64,000 nucleotides of DNA from Massalongia carnosa (Eukaryota): assembly GCA_965645245.1 (NCBI GenBank), contig OZ287067.1:2790001-2854000 (forward strand), in the 5' to 3' direction. How positions within the stretch are numbered: the stretch's first letter is position 1; every line of letters starts with the position of its first letter. Positions 48,899-59,897 of this stretch are shown here, piece by piece. Below the pieces are notes generated by a model, which searched no databases, was not told the DNA's origin, and saw only the letters and a list, made by a program, of their open reading frames with translations. The position numbers and the translations under genes are program-made.

Positions 48899-49552
48899 AT
48901 GCATCACGTTGTTTATTACTTTTTGATCGGTCTGGCCTTGGTTACTTCGGCACCTGTCAGCGATTCAACATTTCCTTTCAACCCAGAGGCCTTCACGGTC
49001 AATTCTGCCGATATCTCTAGCGCCAACCCCGGGTCTACATCGACTAATGAGAATGCTGGACCACCTTCAGCCCCAAATTCTATCGCTATGGATACTGGCA
49101 ACGTGAACTCTGCTTTCAATGGCAAGACTGCCCTCTCCAGCAACCCTAATCCCCAACCATGCGAGTCAACGCCAACTGGATGTTCCTCCGAATCTAGTTA
49201 TCTTGCGGATGACAACTTACCCGATCAACTACCAAGTAGTTTTACCGCCAGGCCTCCGTTCGTGGTAGGAGATACAGCTGAATGTAATCGGAGAACCAAC
49301 AAATGCATGATCTGCTCCGTAGGATACCAATGCTATGAGATGTTGGCGTTGTGCGAAGAGGGAACAATATGCACAATGTGCGATTTGGTTAATCAAGCAT
49401 GCTGGCCAAGGGAGGTGGACATCTCGAAATTGCCATCCAAAGAAAATCCAGAATGCCAGCCCTGGGCAGAGGGGTGTCAAAAATTGCCTCAACAAGCAAA
49501 GCCTGCGGAACCTGAAAAAACCTGCATACCGCTAACCCCCATTTGCTGGTAG
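48899..49552 (+). CDS. Small secreted Cys-rich protein (effector-like), 217 aa
   Basis: Signal-peptide-like MHHVVYYFLIGLALVTSAP, a Ser/Pro/Asn-rich linker and 14 Cys. TATA-like elements near 48801 and 48841. Confidence 0.7.
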   Translation: MHHVVYYFLIGLALVTSAPVSDSTFPFNPEAFTVNSADISSANPGSTSTNENAGPPSAPNSIAMDTGNVNSAFNGKTALSSNPNPQPCESTPTGCSSESSYLADDNLPDQLPSSFTARPPFVVGDTAECNRRTNKCMICSVGYQCYEMLALCEEGTICTMCDLVNQACWPREVDISKLPSKENPECQPWAEGCQKLPQQAKPAEPEKTCIPLTPICW

Positions 49553-50625
49553 AAGGTACCGAAGAGGAAGTTTGAGATTATCTTGGAATCTTCAACTCCA
49601 TAAGAACCAGAAGATCGATGCACATAGCTGGGGGGACCACAGTAGGACGCAGGGCCAAGACATATTCAAAAGGTTGCGTTTTGCTAGCTGATGCGTTATG
49701 GATGGGTGTCTATTTTCCAATAAGGTTCGATTTCGCTCGTGGGCGCTCTGTCGGAGAAGTGGACTATGGTGAACCTTCAATCCATCAAGCTCTTCATAGT
49801 ACATCAATGAGACATTAGCGACCCAATGCCTCGACCATCCTACCCTCGCGCCCTAAACCCATCCATACGTGTTTTTCCCACCGGATTATTTCTCAAAGCA
49901 TCCCTGCGCATTACTTCCCCACGTTCCCTCGAAAGTTTTTTTTCTCATCAACCTCAACCCTCAGGAGATCCACCGAGTGGGTAATTGACCGCAGCTCTAA
50001 GAGCTTCGGAGCAGGTAATTTATATTTAGCCCCCTTACCGAGTTTGAACGCACGCAAATATCTAAATGAACCGAAGCAAAGACAAATCAATGATGAAATG
50101 AAGAAGAGACTTTAAAAACAAAACGAATTCAAATGAAAGCCGTCGCAATTGAACGGAATACTGGATGAAAGACGTGGACTAACATGTCATGTGACATTGG
50201 CGAATCCTTGTCTTGATACTAGTGCGTAGAGTACGTCATTATCTATTGTTCTGCAAGTCTTCCCGTCTTTTGTTCGGATCAAACACCGTGGGGTCTTGTC
50301 GAATAACGCAAGTCAAACGCCGGCCGTGTTTCAAGAGTTGTTCCGATGAACTTGGCTTTTCGGACCCACAGGGTGCCAACTTATCCATCCCTGCGGCTAT
50401 CCCGCTGCCGGGATGATCGACTTTCCACAAGCTCATACAGGAGTCGGTTTCTTGCGAAGGGTTTTCATAGACCACGTGGTTTTTTTGGAAATTACAAACG
50501 AGAGACTTTAGATGGACATGCACTACGGATGATGCTATTTTGTTCCATCTCCATAGCCTGACGCTGCACAAGCAGGATTAGGTTTAAGGATTGGACTACT
50601 CTTCTTGGGGTTGAACGGCCAGTTA

Positions 50626-52792
50626 TCCCTCTCGCTGTCATTCTAGCACCCCCCTCCCAAGCTAATCTATATTGGACTAGCTTCCGCACCGATGAGTCAT
50701 CAGAACATTAGTTTTCTCTAGAGTGTTTGCGCGTTTGTTTACTTTTCAAAGAATACTATTCGGTCATTCAATCAAAATAAATCACATAAATTACTATTCT
50801 TCTAGCTTCGGAATTGATATTATAAGTATGACGCTCAATGAAGAAGAAATCCCGAGTGTATCAGACAAATCTCCCATTTCAGCGAAGCAACATAAAATAA
50901 ATCGCAAAAGAAGTGTTCGGGATATTTTAATCGACCTTCCCCCTATTTCCTCAAAATATACCCCCATTCGGGTTGAAAACAGGCCTTTTGTTCCGCTCGT
51001 TGAAAACGATTCTCGAAATCCTTTGGGATTATTTCGGTTATTTATAACAAGGCAGCATTGTCGTATCATCGCAAATCATACCAATATCAAGGCAAATAAC
51101 TACATGGAAAAGGAGAAGGAGAACAATCATCGGGTTTGGACTGACACTACTGACTCGGAAATTGAGGTTTTTTTGGGCATATTAATTCTTATGGGACTCG
51201 ATCATCTACCTGCTACAGAGGATTATTGGAATCAACGTCCTGACAAACCAGTTATCATGCCTATTCTGTCCGCGATGTCGCTTGGTCGATTTCAACAAAT
51301 CAAACGATTTTTGAAAATCAATAATGGACAGACTGAGCCTATCGGACTTGGTCAAGGACCTGATTGGTGGAAGAAACTGGAACCGTTGGCTACTGATTTC
51401 CGAAAGACTTCATTGAAACATTGCAGACCAGGAAGTATGATATCTATAGATGAACAGCTGGTGTTATTCAAGGGCCGTTCTCGACATACCTTGCAGATTA
51501 CTACAAAAAGTGCCCATAAAGGATTTAAAATCTACAGTCTCTGTCAGGATAATTATCTGTTGTCATTTATGTTTGCCTCGAAGAGTAGCAGAATAAGTGA
51601 ATTGAAAACAGTCAGACAATTGGGATTTTTGCCAAAAGATAAACTAACTCCTAGTGCTTTGTAGTGATTCAGTTATGTAAAGAACTTCCATCCTCACTGA
51701 ATTATCATCTTTTCTGTGATAATTTCTTTACTAGTACGAAATTATTCAAGGCACTTCGATCAATCGGAATAGCTGCCAGTGGAACTGCTAAAAAGGGCTC
51801 GGGCTTTCCAGAAGAATTGTTGGCCATACGGGACGTCACTTCAAAAGGAAAAGACTGGGGTCTTCAGGCCCATATGGTGGTCGACGATAAGGTGCTTTGT
51901 ATGGGCTGGGTGGATAATAATGGTGTGCAGTACATGACCACCGGTCATTCTCCTCAGGACTTGTACGAAATGCACTATATAAATCCGCACAAGAGATATG
52001 GAATTCCCGAGACCTCTCTTCAACCTATTGTATCGTATTTCCCATCAACTCTGGCTCACTCCATTCCCTTGCTCAATCAAGAGGTTCAACGGCCCTTAGG
52101 ATTACCGATACCAGCCCCAATCAAAGAATATAATCTTCATATGGGGGGATCGGATGGAAACGCTCAGCAGCGAGCGATTTACTCATACAATCGTCGAACG
52201 GATCGTTACTGGTGGCCTTTGTTCATTTTTATTTTAGATGCAGCCGGATTGAATGCCTATAAACTTTACTCGCTGAACTCTTTCGATTCCGAGGAGATAA
52301 AATTTACTCGTTCTGAATTTCTTCGTCGGATTGCTCTTGAACTGATATCAAATCAAGCGGGCATCAGGCCCGGCTCATCAAAGATAAGCATCAATACCAC
52401 GATTGATGCTTTAGTACCATCTCCCATTCATCATTACGTTCGTCTTGAAGGCAGAAAAAGATGTGTGCAATGTAACGCCGAGAAAAAACGACCTTCAAAG
52501 CGGAAGGGAGAGCCACTGGCTGAAATAAGTGTCGATGGGCGTAAAAGAAGGCGAAGGGGTGCTCAGACTATATGGGCTTGTGGAGGATGTAATCCAATCA
52601 GGCCCTGCTGTAAGAAAGCCAGCTGTTGGGAAGCTATTCATATGATAGGGGACGAGTAAATAGGTATCTGATACTCCGTACAACTTCTTGTGAATAGGAA
52701 TAACATTGATTGGTCAAAAGTTTAAGGTTTAGCGCTTTCTAACCAACAATGGTTTAGCTTGGGGGGGGGTGCTAGAATGACAGCGAGAGGGA
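50626..52792 (+). mobile_element. piggyBac-superfamily DNA transposon, copy 1 (2167 bp, about 39-40 bp TIRs, flanked by TA)
   Basis: TIR TCCCTCTCGCTGTCATTCTAGCACCCCCC(T)CCCAAGCTAA at both ends. TA at 50624-25 and 52793-94. Confidence 0.93.
50828..52659 (+). CDS. piggyBac transposase (DDE_Tnp_1_7-like), split by a frameshift near 51660
   Basis: MSLGRFQQIKRFL, SIDEQLVLFKGRS, GFKIY, CDNFFTS, WVDN, YNLHMGGSD, YWWPLF and a C-terminal Cys-rich domain with a KRRRR NLS. Confidence 0.88.
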
Positions 52793-52815
52793 TATCGTTT
52801 ACGAATAACCGCCTA

Positions 52816-54982
52816 TCCCTCTCGCTGTCATTCTAGCACCCCCCCCCAAGCTAAACCATTGTTGGTTAGAAAGCGCTAAACCTTAAACTTTTGACCAATC
52901 AATGTTATTCCTATTCACAAGAAGTTGTACGGAGTATCAGATACCTATTTACTCGTCCCCTATCATATGAATAGCTTCCCAACAGCTGGCTTTCTTACAG
53001 CAGGGCCTGATTGGATTACATCCTCCACAAGCCCATATAGTCTGAGCACCCCTTCGCCTTCTTTTACGCCCATCGACACTTATTTCAGCCAGTGGCTCTC
53101 CCTTCCGCTTTGAAGGTCGTTTTTTCTCGGCGTTACATTGCACACATCTTTTTCTGCCTTCAAGACGAACGTAATGATGAATGGGAGATGGTACTAAAGC
53201 ATCAATCGTGGTATTGATGCTTATCTTTGATGAGCCGGGCCTGATGCCCGCTTGATTTGATATCAGTTCAAGAGCAATCCGACGAAGAAATTCAGAACGA
53301 GTAAATTTTATCTCCTCGGAATCGAAAGAGTTCAGCGAGTAAAGTTTATAGGCATTCAATCCGGCTGCATCTAAAATAAAAATGAACAAAGGCCACCAGT
53401 AACGATCCGTTCGACGATTGTATGAGTAAATCGCTCGCTGCTGAGCGTTTCCATCCGATCCCCCCATATGAAGATTATATTCTTTGATTGGGGCTGGTAT
53501 CGGTAATCCTAAGGGCCGTTGAACCTCTTGATTGAGCAAGGGAATGGAGTGAGCCAGAGTTGATGGGAAATACGATACAATAGGTTGAAGAGAGGTCTCG
53601 GGAATTCCATATCTCTTGTGCGGATTTATATAGTGCATTTCGTACAAGTCCTGAGGAGAATGACCGGTGGTCATGTACTGCACACCATTATTATCCACCC
53701 AGCCCATACAAAGCACCTTATCGTCGACCACCATATGGGCCTGAAGACCCCAGTCTTTTCCTTTTGAAGTGACGTCCCGTATGGCCAACAATTCTTCTGG
53801 AAAGCCCGAGCCCTTTTTAGCAGTTCCACTGGCAGCTATTCCGATTGATCGAAGTGCCTTGAATAATTTCGTACTAGTAAAGAAATTATCACAGAAAAGA
53901 TGATAATTCAGTGAGGATGGAAGTTCTTTACATAACTGAATCACTACAAAGCACTAGGAGTTAGTTTATCTTTTGGCAAAAATCCCAATTGTCTGACTGT
54001 TTTCAATTCACTTATTCTGCTACTCTTCGAGGCAAACATAAATGACAACAGATAATTATCCTGACAGAGACTGTAGATTTTAAATCCTTTATGGGCACTT
54101 TTTGTAGTAATCTGCAAGGTATGTCGAGAACGGCCCTTGAATAACACCAGCTGTTCATCTATAGATATCATACTTCCTGGTCTGCAATGTTTCAATGAAG
54201 TCTTTCGGAAATCAGTAGCCAACGGTTCCAGTTTCTTCCACCAATCAGGTCCTTGACCAAGTCCGATAGGCTCAGTCTGTCCATTATTGATTTTCAAAAA
54301 TCGTTTGATTTGTTGAAATCGACCAAGCGACATCGCGGACAGAATAGGCATGATAACTGGTTTGTCAGGACGTTGATTCCAATAATCCTCTGTAGCAGGT
54401 AGATGATCGAGTCCCATAAGAATTAATATGCCCAAAAAAACCTCAATTTCCGAGTCAGTAGTGTCAGTCCAAACCCGATGATTGTTCTCCTTCTCCTTTT
54501 CCATGTAGTTATTTGCCTTGATATTGGTATGATTTGCGATGATACGACAATGCTGCCTTGTTATAAATAACCGAAATAATCCCAAAGGATTTCGAGAATC
54601 GTTTTCAACGAGCGGAACAAAAGGCCTGTTTTCAACCCGAATGGGGGTATATTTTGAGGAAATAGGGGGAAGGTCGATTAAAATATCCCGAACACTTCTT
54701 TTGCGATTTATTTTATGTTGCTTCGCTGAAATGGGAGATTTGTCTGATACACTCGGGATTTCTTCTTCATTGAGCGTCATACTTATAATATCAATTCCGA
54801 AGCTAGAAGAATAGTAATTTATGTGATTTATTTTGATTGAATGACCGAATAGTATTCTTTGAAAAGTAAACAAACGCGCAAACACTCTAGAGAAAACTAA
54901 TGTTCTGATGACTCATCGGTGCGGAAGCTAGTCCAATATAGATTAGCTTGGGAGGGGGGTGCTAGAATGACAGCGAGAGGGA
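52816..54982 (-). mobile_element. piggyBac-superfamily DNA transposon, copy 2 (inverted, apparently identical to copy 1, flanked by TA)
   Basis: Mirror image of copy 1 (paired coordinates sum to 105608) with identical translated ORFs. TA at 52814-15 and 54983-84. Confidence 0.93.
52949..54780 (-). CDS. piggyBac transposase, copy 2, with the same frameshift
   Basis: ORF-track proteins are identical to those of copy 1. Confidence 0.88.
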
Positions 54983-55084
54983 TAGCTTGCGATAACGCTG
55001 TTCGCGCTTCGCGCAAAGCCACTGGGCAGAGGCTCTGATGACCGGGAAACACCCATGGCAGTATCAACTATTCAGATGGCTCAG

Positions 55085-55520
55085 TATCGATTAGAAGCAC
55101 TCATTTGGCGACAGCTGCGATGCAGCTCATACTGGAAGTGGTTGCTGCTAAATGGAGTCTCTATATTCTTCACATGCATCGCTACATTGCGTCCCTAGAC
55201 GAACGCATCTATGACCAACCCGCCAATGACATGCACACTATTATGTTATGGAGCATATCAAAGCAAACATTACCGGCTGGAAGCCTTCTCAGATTTCATA
55301 TCCTGTTGTCGGGACATGTACAGAATGGTTTAATGGTGATGCTGGAGACTGGCTTCGTCAGAACCTCGATGAGTTTACAAAGCCGAGCAAGCAGCGAGGT
55401 AGAAGAGACGCTAAAAAATATACAGCACATATGGTGGATCTCTCGGTACATATACACATACATGCCCTCGACGAACAAAGCTGGCCTTGCAAAACGGAAG
55501 CGATCTGTTGGGTAGATACT
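55085..55520 (+). pseudogene. Decayed fragment resembling fungal CorA-like Mg2+ transporter proteins
   Basis: KWSLYILHMHRYIASLDERIYDQPAND...LW resembles the LE..IYEQPADE..A.ELW segment I recall from fungal CorA-like proteins. Frameshifted and lacking TM helices. Confidence 0.4.
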
Positions 55521-56507
55521 CATCTTTCTTAGCATCCTATCCTGGAATCCCAATCCACCAACTCAAAACAGCACCTCTTCCCCGGCACCCTTCGTGATCA
55601 ACTACCTAACCAGCAAGGGTTGAGTAGGAAACCCCACACACCAAAAAGAAAGAAAGAAAGAAAACGCCACGAAATCGCCAAAACCGTCCCGTTTAGCCAA
55701 ACCCACCCAATGATGTTCTTTAGTAGATAACTGTACATAGGAATTCCAAGCCCCGGCACGCCCAATACCATGTTCCTTCATTGCTCCTCATTTGCTTTAC
55801 AGGGTACCGAGGGGGAATCCTAATTTTATGATGGAAGAATGGACGGATGGATAGATAATAGACGGAAGAGACTGACTGTACCGGATTTAGACTCCCCGAG
55901 TCCCCAACTAGAGTAGTTAGGCAGGCTAACTGGAGGCCTTTGATAAGGAGCTCTGATTTGATCGAGAATCGAGATCCGAGATCCGCGCATTCCCATATCG
56001 GGGGGGATGGTTGGGTAAAATCCCCCACGTATTATGTGGATATGCACCTCCTCGTATGCACTTCCTCGTATGTATGTGTGTATGTATGGGGACGGAGTGG
56101 TCCGTATGATGGAAAGCGATAGTGCCACTCTGAAGCACATCGCCAGGATAAACATACCTACCTAATGTGGATTTGTTGGTGGAGATAGATAGATGGATGG
56201 ATGATGGTGGGGCCATCGTTACAAGATATGTATCGTAGTTATGTAAGGAAGCTGCATTCAGCGAAACGGCAAGCAGCAGCAGCAGTAGTAGTAGTAGTAG
56301 CATAAGGGGAGGGGGGGGCCTAGAGGGGGTAAATAGATAGATAGATATGTTAAGTCACTCGACGACACGTATGGAAAGGGGGGCCATCTTCCCAAACCTC
56401 CAAACAAACCCATCCATCGCCACGTACGAGTACATAACCAGCTCTCTTGCACGACTCCACCACACCTACATACCATTCATCCCCATAGGCTGCAGCGGAC
56501 CACGGCC

Positions 56508-57143
56508 ATGAAACCCAATCCATCTCCTTCTCGCCCTGTTTGCCCCTGACGGCGGCAACGGCGGCAGCAGGCGTGCAAGAACTGTTGGTGCAGGATTCCT
56601 CTGGTTCGGTGGAGAGTAAATGTCCCCCTGGTCGAATGTCCTGGCACGGAATCACCAGCTGTACGTACATACAGGACCTTTTCGCTCTCGTTCAGTTCGC
56701 GCCTCTCTCCTCCATCCCATTCCACCCAGCCCCAGTCTAAACCTACAAACAGACCGTCTACTACCACGAAAAACAACCTCATACCACGGTTCGCCAACTA
56801 ACTAAACCTCCTTTCTCTCCACCAAAATTCTAAACCCTCCAAACCAGCATTGCCCCCCCCCCCCCCCCCCCCCCCAATGCCGACGCGCATCCTTTGCGGT
56901 AGCCGCGGTCTCCCTCCCTGCCGCGTGGGCCTGAAATGCGTGCCTAACTCCGAGCATGCTGGCTGCGACCCGGCGCTCGATTGTCCCGGGTTATGCGTCC
57001 GGCTAGACGGGCCTGTCTGCCTTGGGTTTGGGGGCCTGCGGTGCCCCAACAAGGACCAGCACTGCTATATTAGCCGTGCGTGCAACCATCCGGATTGTTC
57101 GGGGACATGCTATTTCCTGGATGGCCGCTCATCGCGGGAGTAG
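56508..57143 (+). CDS. Small secreted Cys-rich protein (frameshifted as given, exon structure uncertain)
   Basis: The last exon has paired CG.RGLPPC / CLGFGGLRCP Cys modules. A signal peptide MKPIHLLLALLPLTAATAAAG is recovered by removing two homopolymer bases. Confidence 0.5.
56853..56875 (+). repeat. Poly-C tract (23 nt) encoding poly-Pro
   Basis: Directly visible C23 run. Confidence 0.9.
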
Positions 57144-58481
57144 AGCAGTGAGGAGAGGAACGAGGGGAGCGGGGAAATAAAATGTAAACTGGTGGGGATG
57201 GAGTGGGGGCGATTTTGGTTTGTTGCTTGACGGGAGAGAGGGAGGGGTGAGTATGAGAAAGGGGGTAAAGCAAGATTAGAGAAGGCGCCGGAGTGAGCTT
57301 GTGCACTGCTTAACGGGTTCTACCTTCATGCCTTTTTAAAGCCGAACTTTTAAAATTGATGATGAAGGATAAGACATACTTAATAGCATAACGCTAATAA
57401 AGAATGCTAATACTCGAGGCTTGTATTCCTGCGGAGGGAACTCGCATGGTACGAAAGAATGGGTTAAGCATCGAAGAGATCAAGGTCTGAGAACAAGACT
57501 AACCATTCAGGGAGAGAAAGAGGGATATCATGTGTAATAACTGAAGACGCATTGCAAATAAAATGATGTTGGAAGGGGTTTATATATATTATTTGTTGAG
57601 GAAAGTCATGTAGCTAGGTTACGCGTTCCGCAAGTCATTCAAAACAGCATAGGATGAAACACTATCATCAAAATCCACCTTCGTGATTTACCTCTATACC
57701 GGAGATGCAAAACAGAAAAACTCCAAAGAAAATTGAGTAGTTGAAATAACAAGCCAGTCAGAGAAATAAATAGAAAATATTGACCTATGAAATTTAACTG
57801 GCTCAATATTATATACCGTAGGGATCACAGCCACACATATTAAACTTGTATATGATATGATGTACATGTATTTCTTCCTTTCTTTCTATGGGCCGATCGT
57901 CACGTTGAGCAAATACCTTTTGTGGATGAAGACTTCCGAGATTCGGGCTGAGAGGTATCTTTACCTCCGTGCTGGGTGCTTCTAGAGTGGTAGAGGTGCG
58001 ACTTGAAAGGAGTGGCTGCCTCTTAGTTGCAGAAACAAGTTCGGAATTGCTGGCCAGAGCTACTCCAATGACTCGGCAAAAGGGGCGGCCTCAAACCCCT
58101 CAGTAGAACAGCAACCAGCTCGTTAAGAGGATCCTCCTCGGCGAAGTCCAGAAGGGTTTGCCTAGCAGACAGAGTGATAACTGGAGGCTGAATACGGGTT
58201 GCAAAGGTCTGGTGGAGTGAATGGTTTGTTGAGCAACTTTGCCCTCGATGTCTCAATTGATCTGCTCAACGTTTTCGCTACCACTCAACGGCTGGAAAGG
58301 CGCGCCTTAGGCGTAAGCGCCCTTGCCTTACTCTCGTTGGATAGCACCAGTCCGTCGCACGTTGAATGCCGCAGCTGAAAAATGACGAAAGCTGCTCAGA
58401 CCGATTGTTTTCTGGTGCAATGGGCTTTATGCGTGCGACTCCAGAGAAGACGCGCCGAGTCGCCAATCTCTAGATGCTTTA

Positions 58482-58710
58482 GGCCCCGTTTGGTAACCTC
58501 CTTATTGTCAACAAGGAGCCTCCTTCTTGAAAAGATGGAACCTCCTTATAATGAAAAAGGCCTTCCGTTCGGTTCGGCCTCCTCCTTATTTTTTAAGGAG
58601 TCTCCTTCGCGGCAAGTTCTATAATTAATATATTGCGCAGGGTCTGCAGGGATTGTTGTAGGGGGCCAAAAGAAGGTGGTCGCGAGGTCCTTTTTTTATT
58701 AAGGAGGGTT
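58482..58710. mobile_element. Possible PIF/Harbinger (Tourist-like) terminal remnant with subterminal CCTCCTTA repeats
   Basis: TTA|GGCCCCGTTTGGT followed by several CTCCTT(A) motifs in both orientations. No partner TIR was found. Confidence 0.4.
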
Positions 58711-59897
58711 CTATTTGCCTCCACCCTCCGTATTCGACGATTATATGTCTTTTAAATATGGAACACTACTTGCAGCGACGATCGCAAACAGCGACGGTTA
58801 TCAATTTAATCTTGATGAGAATTGTTACCAATCTAATTCTGACTACTCAGCATGAGTCGAATAGAGGCAAAGAATATACGACGAGTTTACTTACTTGTCA
58901 ATAGCTTCTTATTGTAGCCGCGAATAAGTATGTACATGTATTATACTAGTACATACAAAATAAGTAAAACCAACACAGTGAGAACTTGAGTTCACGATTT
59001 GCATCACAACACATTCACACGCGATTGAAGAAATCACTGACCTCTATTCTACCTCAGGCATCAGATTACAGTGGCACACAGTCACATTGATGTTTTCACC
59101 CGCTGTGACGTTGAATATTGCGCAACCTCGAGCAAAACTCATAAATCCTAAGTACCTAGGACTTGACGATGCTATCTCGTCCTCGGTTCTTCGTTCCAGC
59201 CCTGTTTCTATACCCACCCATCCAGGAGATCTTTGACCTTGCAAATGAGCTTATTGTCTCTTTTTCGGATCGACTTTGGTAGTTATTTTACCGTCATGAA
59301 AATCTGCCTGAAGTTACCTCCCTCTTCACCTGCTCTAATAATCATAAAATTTCTCACAAGGCCTGGGCTACAATTTCATACTTCTTGCCTTCCTGCGCTT
59401 TCTCCAATTGTCCAGCATGAGCATAAAATTCATTTCCGGGAACTATCCATCTTTTTCACACCTCGTATCATCAGGCGTCAACGATCTACCTTGGAGGGTT
59501 GAAATTTCTAGTTGTCGGAAAGGTGTCGCTCAAATTAATTCTCTTCAGCCTCCCTTCTTTGCTATCTAGAATTCTTTCAATCCGAGGGCGCTAGCCATGT
59601 CTAAAACAGCTTTCAATCAATGAGACGAGACTAACCCATTCTTTCATTCATTCCTTTCCTGTTACGTTTCCGTCATCTTTCATCGTTTCAGCAGAAGAAC
59701 AACAATGCCATCGCCTCATCATGAAATTTCAATATAAATCTGCGCTTATCTACCCTCTTCCACTTATCATCATCACGAGCGGCATCAAAAACCTATTCTA
59801 TAACAAACTCAACACCCTAATATATACTCCTCCCATCATCACTGCCGCCACCAGCCTTCTCTTCCTCACTATCTAGCTCACTTTCCCCCCCCCTAGA

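Noticed and set aside
50624..54984. Palindrome as a fold-back assembly or amplification chimera
   Set aside because: Symmetry ends exactly at the element termini plus TA, and the outer flanks and 19-nt loop are unique. It is not fully excluded without reads.
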